Assembly: GCF_001447785.1 (NCBI RefSeq)
Contig: NW_015173124.1
Coordinates: forward strand, 1,817,441 to 1,881,440
Reading direction: 5' to 3'
Origin: Gekko japonicus
Lineage: Eukaryota
Length of the DNA stretch: 64,000 nucleotides
Part shown: in pieces, positions 23,835-56,404 of the stretch
How positions within the stretch are numbered: the stretch's first letter is position 1
Layout of the letters: the number at the start of each line of letters is the position of its first letter
The notes under the pieces: model-generated
The model's database searches: none
What the model saw: the letters and a program-made list of their open reading frames with translations, nothing else
Told to the model about the DNA's origin: nothing
Made by a program: the position numbers and the translations under genes

Positions 23835-26548
23835 AACGATTTCCTGCTTTCTTTAAACTATCGCCTTTTCCAGCTTAAGTGGGGTCTCCTAGAAATGAAC
23901 TCCATATGATAGCATTCTTATTAGATAACAGGACACTGCTTTTCCATCTCATCAAATATATGAGATAGTTCAGAAAAAAAACTCTGCCCAGATTCTTCTG
24001 TTATTTTTACTTTCGGCCTGGCATGGGATGGTGGAGTGGGAAGAGCCACCTTGAAACACCCTCCACTGTGCTATAATTAACTGCATATAAAAGCAAGCAA
24101 AATGGCTGTCATACCACCTAATATCTCACTAATATGATTTAGCCAACTCCCTTGAATAGTAAAACCCCTTTCCAAGAAGAACTACATTCTTGTTTTATAT
24201 TAGTTTATTTTCGACATTTACCTTTTATTTTAAAGGCAAATCAATGGTGATATCCATGAAGTGAGACTTCTGCATATGAGAGTAGAATGAGTCTACTTTA
24301 TCCCCCACCTTTGCTTCCTACCCCTTTCCTCATTTTGTATTTTGCATCATCTCCACTAGGCTACCATGGGATTCTGCACAGCAGAAGAAAAGACACCAGA
24401 CAAAGAAGTCTTACCCACAGGCTTTGTGTATGAACAGAACATATATCTATGAGTTCATCAGCTTAACAAGTTTCCCTTCCAAGAAGGAACTGTTTGCCTG
24501 TCCCACTGTGCTATTTCATGGCAGCTTGCATTGCTACTTCAGTTTGGTTAATTATTTCTTATCAACCTAACAAAAGGACTGGGGAAAGGGGTGGAGGATC
24601 CATGACATCTAGAAACTCCACCACTGTTCTGACTCCACCTAAATTCCTCAGTACTTTGCAGGCCATATTAGAGACTAGCCCTGGGACAATTAAAACAGGA
24701 GCAGAGGTATACAACAGTCACATTTTCCTTTCAAAAGATGGAGAAATAAATGAGTCTTGGAAGTGGAGACAGTGGTAAGAGAAGAGAAAGAGCAACCTTT
24801 ACCAGGATTTTCTTTAAAAGGCTACATCTACTACATAAAAAAATAGAATTGCCACCTGACCAGAAAAAATCACCTAATGTACTCTTGTGTCTTTAACAGC
24901 AACTTGATCTGGATAAATCAGAAGTGAAACTTATCTCAACATTTGACTCCTTGTTGAGACCAATATGACTACCTGTTAATATCTACACAGGAAACTGTTC
25001 TTAGAGGCACCACTATAGAAGATTTTTTACAAGGTAGCAGTCCTATTTAAAAGAGGATACTATTTTTTTTAAAAAATTATACTTGTATTGATAGTGACAT
25101 GCCAGCCAGTCCAGCAGATCTTGAGCTTAAAGGGGCAGTGGTGGTCTTACATGGTCTATGAGTCAAGCTGCTTTGTTTGGCCACAGCCCACAGAGGTTTG
25201 CCAGTTCATATTAAAGCTGTCAGTTTTTCAGACAGCCTCTGCAGCTGTACCTTTAAGGGTGACTAGTTGTACAGACATTAGCCAGCAATTCTTCTTGTCC
25301 CTAGGCTATGAAAAGCCTCAGTCACTGATTTGTGCTGCTAAAGGATTTTTCTGATCAGCTGGCAATTGTAGTTTACATGAGTGGAAGTTATCAATCAGAC
25401 TAGTCAGTTGTATGTGCAAATCACAACTTAAAAGAAATCATAACCTTTAAATTAAAACTGACACAATGATATATTATGAACAATTCAAAACAAATGTAGT
25501 TGCAATTTTCTTGTCTAAAGTTCTGCATGGTGTTAATCTCTAACAGACATTATTCAGTGAAAATCAGTTATTCAGTAGCAAATACGTTAATTCAGCTTCA
25601 GTTGTAAGGCTGCTGACCTGTAATTAAATCCTGTTTACTGTAATGCGATTTAGGACTGATACTCAAGATCACTTAAGCCTAATGGAAGGTGCCCAACAGC
25701 AAAGAAGAGGAAGGTTGCAGGGCCTCTAAGAGGTGTGTAAAAAGAAAACAGAAAAGTCCTGTAGCACCTGAGACACCTGAGATAGTGCCACCCTTAGCAG
25801 AATTACATCCTAAACCAATTGAAGTCAATGAGCTTAGAGAGGAGTAACTTTGCTGAGGGTGGCAGTGTTACTGTACAAAAAAGAGCAGCTCATCCTGCAG
25901 GAGCTGAGAAAAGCTACATTTACTGAAATTCTCTCTGCAACATACCCTGGTGTATTTACAATCTGTGTGGTGATAGGTTTTCCCCAAACCTTTTACTGCT
26001 AGTTTGACATCTACACTAGGGTTTGCGATAGTATCACACACACACACACTTCCCACACTGTACATTCAGTCCCTTGAATCATTGATGGAAAAGGGTATTT
26101 TATTTCTGAAATGGCATAAGACATCCCGCCCCCCACACACACCCTGTGCATGCTCACACACACCAGTAAAAGGTACCTGTTTTCCCCATGTTTTGAGCCG
26201 GCAGAGGTACAATAATTCAGATAAATTAGCAATACAGTATGCAATATGATCCTCCTGTGAATATTTAGGTTTATTTATTTCATTTATTCAGAATATTTCT
26301 ACATTGCATCAGGGTCCAAGTTGTGACCCGTTAAAAGATTTAAAGGCCAAGGCTGTAAACAGAAGTAAATTCCATTAGGTGCAGGTTGAAAATTAATTTT
26401 TTAAAGTTTCCCCTACTCTCAACAATTCTAGAATAATTCACATGCTACATATATCGAGGTCGTAATTTCCAGTTAAATACATAAGGGGAAAAGTGTCCTG
26501 CTTCCTGCCCTTTCTGAAAGGCCCCTGCCCATGGACAGGCATGAGGAA

Positions 26549-26766
26549 CTGGTCATCAGAGCCTTTTATCCACACACGGATTCCATCTGCTGTTTAAGAC
26601 CACTTTTACCTGGTGTATATATCGTGCTTGAATTTTTAGTCTGCAATACAGTATTTTCCAAACTGTGAAGAGCGCTAAAAAATTCAAGCACGATTTATAA
26701 GCCAGGTAAAAGTGGATTTAAACAGCAGATCGAATCCGTGTGTGGTTAAAAGGCTCTGATGACCAG
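26549..26766. repeat. Long inverted repeat (about 91-bp arms, about 35-bp spacer), MITE-like
   Basis: 26549-26639 is the near-perfect reverse complement of 26675-26766. Confidence 0.85.
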
Positions 26767-27257
26767 CTCAATTGGGGCCTCTTCTCTACCTCCAGGATTA
26801 ATAATGTTCCAGGCCTCGGATGAAGAAAGGAGAGAGAAAGGAAATCTCCCCGTTTCCTTTCTATGTTCCCCTTTGAATTTCCTCTTCTCATCGCAGAGAA
26901 GACTCACAAGTATTTCCGTTACAAAAAGAAAGAAAAAATCATGCTCAGCGGCTGTCTGTTTAAGAACCAACCCCAAGTACTTCCTCTGGGAAAAGAAAGA
27001 AAAGCTCGGCCGCGGCATTCCCTTTAAGAACTGACTCCGCCCCCAAAGTGAAGGGAGGGGTTCCCTACTGGATGACGTCTACCTCTCCCATTGATAAAAG
27101 CGCCGGGATTCCCTCGGCCGTAGGTAGAGAGCGTACCGAAGTTCCGTTGCCGGCGCGCCACGTGGCTTTGTGCGGGACTGGTGGAGGTCTTGGGCTGGCC
27201 GAGGGCTGACCAGTCCCACCTCCTTTCCCTGCCGTAAGGAAGCCACCCCTGTTAATA

Positions 27258-47084
<19,827 letters not shown>

Positions 47085-48352
47085 AGCTGCAGGATGGGAC
47101 TCTTTGTCTCCTTTGTCCTTCCAAGAACGATGCTAATGTCATAAGAGATACAACTGCAGAGACCATCAGAATCCTCCCACAGTGGATGCCTGATCTTCAG
47201 GAAAGACAAGACTCCAAACAAAAACTGCACAGATGTAGCTCTGAGTACCTTATCCCAGGACCCATCAACGTCTGGATGCTTATCTCCAAACTGACTTTTT
47301 AATTAAGGGATTTGCACTTGGTTTGACATGACTGCTCCAGTCCATAGAGAGAAGGTGCAGGGATGGAAGTTAAATGTCTTAAGTTTACTCCTGTGTGACT
47401 GCACAGCTGGTTATACACAGTGGAGAAGATGGGGTCTTGGGTGTGGGGAGAGCTATTGCTGCATCCATAGTATGGAAACAATTGAGGGTAGGCTGAGGAA
47501 TGAGGAGAAATGTCCTTTGAGAAGACAGTTGCTGGACTGTTTTTCCAGTGCTTATATACCTGGTAAGGTCTGGGCATCCCAGCACCTGATGGGTTTGAGG
47601 GGCTTCTCAGCTGCCCTTCTGTGAGCATGGAATTAAGGTGGCTTCCATTCATGAACTGGTTCAGGCATTTGTAACACTACCACTGTCTGCCCGTGGACTC
47701 TCTTGTGCTGCTTGCTTGGCTCTGATTCATGGACCAACTAAAGCTGTGAGTGGACAGTGTCTGGGGCTAGTCGGGCAAGGAGGGATGCGTGTCCCAACAC
47801 AGTGGCACTGTCGCGAGTGGCCTTCCGCAGAGTTAGACGGGAACCACGAAAAGGGCTTCTCTGCTTGGCGTATGACTGTTGCAGCTAAGATGCTGGTGGC
47901 AGAGGGGAACTGAGGGGAACTGTGGGGAACTGTATCTGGCTGCTTTGCCAGATGGCTGTTTTCTGGAATTGGCAGGGATGAACTGCTGCCAGTCTTAATT
48001 TGGGATGAAGAGTTAGGGGGATGAGAGCTGAATCTTCAGCCTTAAATCCGAGCCAATTCAGGTTTCCAGTGCTGCTGCTCAGTACTTGATGCTGTGAAGC
48101 TGCGTGTTGCATAACAAACTCCTACACTAATTAGGCAAATAGGGCTTTTTTGTTTGCTGAGACTGTGAATTGCCCTATTTTTGCCTCAGTTTCTCAGCTG
48201 CTGTCTCAGACTCAAGATGCAGCAGAGGGATTTTGTGTATTACTGTGGTACAGACTTGAACAGCTTAAACAAAAGCTGCCTGTTTGGTATTTGAACTTGA
48301 CAGACTGTTGTCCAGTTGTGGAGCTTAAATGGTATAAACTTCCACTGACACC

Positions 48353-48380
48353 TATTTATGTATTTATATGAATTATTTAT
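48353..48380 (+). promoter_or_regulatory. Cluster of three AU-rich elements in the PLK3 3' UTR
   Basis: TATTTAT three times (ATTTA at 48354, 48362, 48375), about 65 nt before the poly(A) signals. Confidence 0.8.
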
Positions 48381-48442
48381 TTTGCACCTGTGTTCTGTCA
48401 ATCATGCAGCACCATGTCTCCAAACTCCAGCAGTTTGATTAC

Positions 48443-48463
48443 AATAAACTCCTTTTTAATAAA
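48443..48463 (+). terminator. PLK3 polyadenylation signals (tandem AATAAA)
   Basis: AATAAA at 48443-48448 and 48458-48463; implies a 3' UTR of about 1.4 kb. Confidence 0.75.
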
Positions 48464-50115
48464 AGCAAATATAAATCAGTGCTGATTTAACTTGAAATAG
48501 CCCTGGCTGCAGTGAAGAGCAGTCAGGACAGGAACTGGCTGATCTTCTTCCAGTCTTCTCAGAAGCTATGTTATTTCATTGGTCTAGGGCATCACATCTG
48601 TTTGAGGTTGCTTTCCATACCCTGCAACAGCTGTCACCTTAGCATGGTTAGCAGGGAACTCACAAAGAGATGTCCTGTTAAACATACAGTGGGAGCTGAG
48701 GTTGGTCATTGCTCTCAGACACATATCCAGAATATTAGTGTTCATTATGGACACTGCTAGGTATTTTGTCTACTACAGTAGGCAGGGACCCTTCTAAGCA
48801 GCTTAAGACTAAAGGGTAGGAAGCAAGAACTAAATAGGACCTCTGCTACTATACAAATACGTAGCTGGAGAGGTCTCAGTGATGTAACTCTTCTATAAAT
48901 GGCATGTTTTATCAGCACAAATTATATGAACATATACAGATTTATAGGGTTTGTTTCAATCCAAAACAAATCTGGGTGGTGGTGGTAGTACGTAACATAG
49001 GGAGGTTCAAAGCCAAGCATCCTTCTATGATGGAGGCAGCTGTTTCCAAAGGAGTGTTATCTTCTGACATAAAGTAAAGCTTCCTGGACTCTTCATATCT
49101 ACTTCATTGGAACAGAAATTGGAAGAAAGCTAGTACCAGCTGTTTGCTTTTGCTTTGGGGGGGGGGGAAAGAAGCAAGTGGGGGAAGGACACTCTTTTGT
49201 GGACAGAGTAGTGGACAACATGTTGCATAGGGTATAGAAGCAGCTATATGCTGGAGTGACTATACAGTTTTGTTTCTGAAAGATGAGACATATTACATTT
49301 GAAGTGGTGTCTCTAGATTGATCTGGGACCAGCCTAATGTCTGAAGTCTCACTACAAAAAGCAGCCTATTGCACACTGGGAAGAGAGCGACACTCAAATT
49401 TCTCATGTACTATTCTATCATGGAGGAAGAGTGATAGACACTGAAGGAGGCCTGTGAGTTTTTTTCCACTCCAGTAGCCCATGATGGTGGTGGGGGTGTA
49501 TTAATGCTGCACTGAAGAATCTAAACACGATGGAATGGAAATAATTTTACAGTCTTCCAAAGCTGTGCAACTGTGTGAGTAATGACATGGGAGTGCCTAG
49601 GTAGACTACTTGGCAAAGAACAGAAGGTAACCAAAGGTTTATGTAGAACAGGGCTGAGCAAGAGACTGTGTATAGTTCGTCTGCAACATCCAAGGCCCCT
49701 TTAACTGCAACATCTAAGGCCCCCTTTTTGATTTTAGAATCTTGATGTAAGAGTGGAACAAATGTATCTTTCATCAACAGATTGCCATGAGTCATGGTGA
49801 AGGAGATTTGTGTGCACCTCAAAAGGGTTATTCTGCCAGCACAGTAGATCCAGTAACTAGGACTGTCTAAATACTGGTGTTTTGGGGCAAGTGCTGTCCT
49901 ATGTCTGCTGTAAGAGGCTGCTTTGCTTCATGAATTCCTCCTTGGAAGAGACTATGGCCCTTTCACATTACCATTCTAAACCAGATGTTATTCATTCTTG
50001 TCCTGATTTCGAGTATAGGAATACAGGGATGGGGGTTATGTACAGCAAACTTCCTTCCATTAATGAGCCATCTCTAAAGCACTATTGTCATTTCAAACTG
50101 CTGTTTTTCTCCCTA

Positions 50116-50303
50116 CGCAATCTTTCTTGGACTTTTAAAAAAACCTTCTAAGGTGAGTGCTTTAGTGCTAAACCACTATAGCACTTCAGTGCTATAGCGG
50201 ACACCATTGAGATGCATTGGAGTCCATGGAGTCAATGCATCTCAATGGTGCCACTATAGCGCTCACCTTAGAATGTTTTTTTAAAAGTCTGAGGAAGATT
50301 GCG
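50116..50303. repeat. Imperfect palindrome within a probable MITE (about 49955-50480)
   Basis: caccattgagatgcattg/caatgcatctcaatggtg core, plus outer arms cgcaatctt...aaggtgag/ctcacctt...aagattgcg. Confidence 0.7.
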
Positions 50304-50613
50304 CGTCAAAAATGGGTGGGGAAAACAGTGGCATTGTGGGAAGTGCTATGGACATTTTAAACAGCATGCCACAGCGATTCAGAAGTACAACAAAAGGGGT
50401 TGAAAATGGAAAAAAAGCAGTTTCCCTTGAAAGTGGCTCAACCACACTCTGCTAACCCAATGCGAGCATTTGTATGAACAGGTAAATAAATTCCACTAGC
50501 AGCCAGTTATGAAAACAGGACTGTCTGAAATCACAGAAAAAATCCATTAGCAACCAGTTACTAAAACGGAATACAAAGGCAGTTTGAAAAGGGTCTATGG
50601 TGTTGATTATGCA

Positions 50614-51082
50614 CAGAGGTCATTTTGGGGGGGATCGCGGGGGATCGCAGTTCCCCCGGGTGAGGTACGGGGGCGGGGCACAAGATGAAGCCCCTCCCCC
50701 TGCTTCTGGCCGCCCCGCTTCCGGCCCTCATTCAGCCAGGAGGAGGCAGGAGAAGAGGGAGGGTAAGTTGCTTCCTCCCTGCCTCTCCCCACCCCTGCAT
50801 GCCTGGGGCCAGGGAGGGCCTTTGCGGGGCTTCCTCGTACTCCCGCCAGACTTGCAGGTCCACTGCCAGGCCCCTCATGGGGCTCGGCAGTGGAGCTGCA
50901 AGGCCGGCGGCGGTGGCCGGGACCGTTGGGGGCGGGGTGTGTGGCCTTATGACACACGTCCGGTGATGTCGGGGGGGGGGGCGGCCTTATGACACACTTC
51001 CGGTGATGTCAGGGGGGGTGGCATATGCTAATGAGTTATGCTAATGAGTTCCCCTAGCTCTTTTTCTACGAAACGACCCCTG
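50614..51082. mobile_element. GC-rich hAT MITE (second copy)
   Basis: Same TIRs as the 17797 copy; TSD attatgca/actatgca. Confidence 0.85.
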
Positions 51083-51791
51083 ACTATGCATCTCTTGTAG
51101 CAGCAGTCGCCTGAAGTTTTTTAAAATGCAGCAGAGCTGTGGGAGGGGTGCTTCATGTTCCCTGTCAAAATTACCTTATGGCTGCTTTTGCCATGTGAGG
51201 GGATAATCCTTTTATAGGGCAAATATCTTGTGCACAAGCAAAATGTTGCTGGGAATGGTTCATTATGTTACTGTCCCTGCCCATCTTTAAAAATAAGGAA
51301 ACCCAATCCCAGACCTCCCACAGTAACTTCTCTCACATACATATATGGGAAGCTTTAGTTGGATCTCCTAAGGTGTGTCCTCTGAGGGTGGCCAGTGATA
51401 CAACCTGTTCAGAAGTGCTTTGTATATACCTGATGTAACACCTGGAGCATCTGTGTGTGTACAATTAAAGTATACAGTGTGTTCTGTAATTAGTACTAAG
51501 GATGTGCATTAGTTTCCCAATGAAAAATGATTTGAACCATCCATTTTAATTGAACCAGAATGGGAGGGGCCGCCTCTTCTAGCTGTCCTACCCCCAACAC
51601 ACATTGCATTGTAAGTGGCAGCCAGGAACTCTCTGATGCTTCAGATGCAGACCACAGGAAACATAGTACACCATACACGGTTATCTGAGATGTGTGGGGA
51701 AATGGAAAGGGGGAGAGATTCCCCCCCCACCTGCCGGTCCGGTGGCTGGATGGGGGGGCAACAACATACCTATTGATTTAAATTTTATGGA

Positions 51792-51792
<1 letters not shown>

Positions 51793-51822
<30 letters not shown>
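51793..51822. repeat. (TAA)n microsatellite
   Basis: Seen directly. Confidence 0.95.
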
Positions 51823-51823
<1 letters not shown>

Positions 51824-52328
51824 CATCTATCATAGAAATGAATGATTTGAAACAAAAAAGTGCATTCCTAGTTGCTTCTCCCAAATTCCTAGGACTCTTA
51901 GCTCTGCCTGAAAGACCTATAATGAACTGGAAGCTTGTTAATCTAGCCTTTTAGAGAAGTCCATGCAGGTAGTACTGGTTGGAGTGATTCTCAAGGCTAT
52001 TGATATGTTTCTTATTTAAATGGGTTTGGAACATCAAGGAATGGATCCCTTGGAGGAAGTGACCTTGGTGTTTCAGGGGGAATGGCAGAGAGTGTGGGGC
52101 TCTTGAAGTCCTTATACTGCTAGGGTTTGCAGTGCAGGCCACAGAGGCTGACCGTTAGTCCTCCTGTGCAGAGCTCTTGTGTCTTGGCTAGGGGATGCAA
52201 TAGCAGCACATGTCTAAATACTGTTATGGAAGTCAAGCAGAGTTGGATCAACCACATGTTCTGAATATAATGGAACATGTATGTTCTGAGGGCATAATGT
52301 TCTGAGAACAAGCATAATGTAGAGTGGT

Positions 52329-52614
52329 TGTAATGTATCTAGTCCAGACAAGTCCATAGACAAACGTTGACCTTCACTCCAAGAGGCAATGGACTATGCG
52401 GATCCAAGCCTGCTCCAATCGGGGGGCTAGGTTCCTGGCTGAGAGCCTATGGGACTCTCGGCCACTGTAAATAACCTATAGGAAAGTAGGGTGTGTGTTT
52501 TGGGTGGCGTTTTCTCGGGGATATAAGCCGGCCTGCGAGCCGGCCAAAGTCATCTTGTTCCTGATCGAATAAAGTAGGCTTTGCTGAAATCACTCTCCGT
52601 TTGCGTACTTTTCA
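52329..52614 (+). mobile_element. Solo LTR, related to 20071-20411
   Basis: TGTAATGTA...GTACTTTTCA; TATA-like box; AATAAA; TSD gtggt/atggt. Confidence 0.8.
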
Positions 52615-53371
52615 ATGGTGATTCATGAGTATTGCTATAACCTTTGTAAAAAGTCCCTACCAGTTTCTCAACATTTTCTAGGGAAAGTACCTAATCTTCA
52701 AAAGAAGAGTCAGGATTCAAGCTTGTGTGGCCTGTGGCCTGAAAGGCAGCCCTGTTCTTTAATGATAAGTGCCTGTCGACTGGCTGCAGTTGCTTATCGG
52801 AACTGGAAAGGCAGCCTAGAGCATTGCTTAGAGAGCATTTAATTCATCTCTCTTTTAAAAGCAGGCATGGTTACAGAGGGGAAAAGTTATATGGATAAAT
52901 TTAGATGAGGGGAAAAGCTAATGACTAAGACCAACAGCACCTGCAAGAAATCACACACACACACTGCCGCTTTACCACTGGGTATGAGGCAGATGGTGCC
53001 TTTTATAGTGTTAAATGCTACTGGTGAAATATGCTGTTCAGTGTAAGTAGGTTTCAGAGCTGCATGAAGTGAAGCTGGTCCAATTATATTTTCTTTATGT
53101 ACGCTTGCCTCTGCCAGTCAGGAAGGTGATGTGGGTTGTTCTGAAATCAGCTCTGTTCTGGCAGATCTCCTAATGTTAATAGGAAATCTCTTTGTTCCTG
53201 CTTCGTGAAAGGTCACATCTATTTCGCGACTGATGAAAGCCTAGAAGCAGTAATAGCCCCGTGTATTGCTACATTTTTGTTGGCTGCTTCTGGAAAAGGA
53301 GTTAGGGCTTTGGCAGCTTCAGTTCTACAATGATACATTATTTAAACATCTCACATTCTTGGTATGACCCC

Positions 53372-53388
53372 NNNNNNNNNNNNNNNNN
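53372..53388. other. Assembly gap (17 N)
   Basis: Run of N. Confidence 1.
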
Positions 53389-53414
53389 CTTGCTCTGATC
53401 TAAAATTCTTCTAT

Positions 53415-53736
53415 GTAAAGGTAAAGGTTTCCCTTGCTTGAAAGCCAGTCGAATCTGACTCTAGGGATGCGGTGCTCATCTCTGTTTCCAAGCCGAAGAG
53501 CCAGCACTGTCCAAAGACAGTCCGTGGTCACGTGGCCGGTATGACTAAACGCCAAGGCACATGGAATGCTGTTTCCTTCCCACCAAAGCAGTACCTATTT
53601 ATCTACTTGCAATTTCTTGCTTTCAAACTGCTGGGTTGGCAGGAGCTGGGGCCAGAGACGGGAGCTCACTCCATCATGCGGCACTCGGGTGTCGAACGGT
53701 TGAAGTACCGACCTTCCGGTCTGCAGTTTAGCATCT
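53415..53736 (-). mobile_element. Sauria SINE
   Basis: Antisense copy with a gtaaaggtaaagg tail. Confidence 0.8.
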
Positions 53737-55394
53737 ACTTTGGGAATAAACAGTTCCTGTTGCTTTGAAGAATTTCCTCTTCTCCTCTTCACTGCCTGCT
53801 CTCACATGATCCCAGCTATGATGGGCAGTTCCTTATGATTGCACAGGGTGAGCATGCATTTCTGCTGCAGGAATCTCCCACTGGCCAGACTAAAATGGGA
53901 ACTACCCCCTTTGGGAAAGTTTACAGTTATGCTTAACAAGTACTTCGTATATGATTCCCCCTCCCCTATTGCCAACCACTGTGAAATTGCTGATATTTTC
54001 TGCCATCTCCTTGACTGCACCTGCCCATCTTTTTGTTTTGTTTTGCTACTATTGTTGGTTTGTACACAAAGGAGCTCCCTCAGGGCTGAGGTCTTCAGGG
54101 GGACATGGCCACCTGCTCTGCCTGCTGCCCTGACAGGGCTGTCAGCAGGGGCTTAGTGAAGCAAGATCTGTGTCCATGCAGAAACTAGGCAGCTGTTGAG
54201 GAGAGGGCGCCTTTATGCAGGGTTGCCACCTGGTTAATGATGAATTGTGTTGAGGGAGGGGGTTTGTTTTTTAAGGACAGACTGTTTTCTGTAACAGACA
54301 AAATGTGCATGCATTTAAATGAATTATCAAATGAATAGTGGCAAGTTTCTTCTCTTACACAGCAAGGTTTTTTAGGCTAGTCAATTAAAAAATTTCTTCA
54401 GTGTGATTCTCGGACTGCAATCTTTGTTTACTATGTATTCACCACCAAGTGCTTCCTAGGTGAAGACAATGGTAGTTTTTGGATATTTACAAGACCTTAG
54501 GTTGGATGTTGATTGGGCTGTGGTTCCATCGAAGCTTTTTAAAACATGACTTAAGGTAGCATTAAAAGGGGATCATCTGTGTCCTTCCTTCAAACCTGGG
54601 CATCCAATTTTATTTACTTCATTTCATACCCCAACTGTTCTCTCCAGGGGAGACCCAAGGTGGCTTACATAATTTTCCTCTTCTCCATTTTATCGTCACA
54701 ACAACTCTGTGAGGTTGGTTAGGCTGAGAGCATGTGACTGGCCCACGGTCCCCTAGCGAGCTTACACAGCAGAGTAGGGATTTGTATCCAGGTGTCCCAG
54801 ACCCTAGTACAGTATTCTAACCACTATATAACACTGGCATGGCTGGGGAAAGCATCTCTGGCCCACACAGACTATTTTCATCCAGCACATGAGATTTTAA
54901 AAATATGACCCAATCAGGAGCTGCCATGTACCCAGGTCAACTCTCTTCCTCTGACAGCATGCCTGGAAGTTAGTATGAGTGAACCTGAAGTGATGTGGAG
55001 CCTGTGCCACATATGCCCTAGATGTGTGTCTATAAAGGGGAGACCTTATCTCCCTTTAGGGGTGCTAAATCAGTTAGGACATGTGTGGCATAGATAGAAA
55101 GACAAAATAAGTGAGGTGGAGGGACGGGGAGGGAAGGAGTTGACTGAGGAAGCAGAGATATGCATACCAAATGAGTGGGGGACTGAGAGGCAGGCTGTAC
55201 TTAATTTTTATCAATATTTATTTATTTATTTACCTCATAACCTGCCTTTTCACTGGCTTACAACCTTTTCCTCTCCTCCATTTTATCCATTTAATTTTAA
55301 TATTAAGACATTGTCCCCACCCCTGCTATGGTCCACCTTATCAAATGGTTTCTGTACCATAGAGTGGTTCTTGGATCCAAAAGAATTAGATGTC

Positions 55395-55570
55395 CAAGAC
55401 AGGGACGGCAAAGGATGAGATGGTTAGACAGTGTCATAGATGCAATGCAACGAATATGAAGTTGAGCAAACTTCAGAGGACGGTGGAAGACCGGAAGGCC
55501 TGGCATGATCTGGTCCATGGGGTTGCGAAGAGTCGGACTCGACTGTGCGACTGAACAACAACAACAACAA
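55395..55570 (+). mobile_element. BovB 3' terminal fragment
   Basis: ggcaaaggatgagatgg...gactcgactgtgcgactgaacaacaac. Confidence 0.8.
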
Positions 55571-56339
55571 ACTCATTCACACACACAAACCCAACCTCAC
55601 AGAGCTGACTTATTTATCTTAGCTATGCCCCATTAGTTAGTGGATTGAGACACTGATTTTTCTGGAGCATTTGGGTAACTACTCTGAGGTAAATTGTTCA
55701 GTGCACACCCATGCAGCAAAACAAATCTCAGAATTCAGCATTGTAAGTCTGATTTCATTCTAACTGGGTTCCCTGACACACTACAGGGAATTCAAACCAG
55801 GTCCAGGACTACTAAAATTCAAGCTGATGACCTAATTTGAGTCATCTTTCCATTATTCAAATGGAGAGATAACTGCTGTATCCTGAGATATGGGTACACT
55901 CTGGCATTGTGGAATATTTCATGCTCTCTCTGCTTCTATTCCCCCCCCCATGAATGTAGTCGCTGCTAGTTTGTACTGAATCTATAGTGCATTCATGCAA
56001 CTGCTTTGTTCATAGCTACGAGTACAGGTTCAAACAAGGAATTATGAAATTCTGAAGGTTATAATATTTGGCAACTAATTTGTATGATTCTGGAAAACAT
56101 GAAACTAATATATCACTGTAAAAAACATGGGTAAGCAAATGTATAGGTTAAAGTTAACCCCCAAACTCTAATAATTTGTGTCAGTCACTAGATCTTATCG
56201 GGGAGAATCTGCTCATATTTACTTACAAGCCATCCTGCTTTTTACTTGACGTAATATGCCCATATTTTCATCCAGCATATACAACATTTAATGCTAACAG
56301 ATTTAATGCAAACAATCATGATAACTCAAGTCAGAGAGC

Positions 56340-56345
56340 TTTATT
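56340..56345 (-). terminator. Probable DYNLT4 poly(A) signal
   Basis: AATAAA on the minus strand about 60 nt after the stop codon. Confidence 0.6.
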
Positions 56346-56404
56346 TTTTTTTCTGACTAGGCAACAGTGGGGAGAAAGGGGACACTGGAATGTGTAGAGA
56401 TGGC

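Noticed and set aside
1-26500. BEST4, RPS8 and its snoRNAs, expected upstream from human synteny
   Set aside because: No bestrophin or RPS8 coding exons and no convincing C/D box snoRNA seen
53200-53250. GAAA...CTGATGA as a possible type II hammerhead
   Set aside because: Helices II and III cannot form properly
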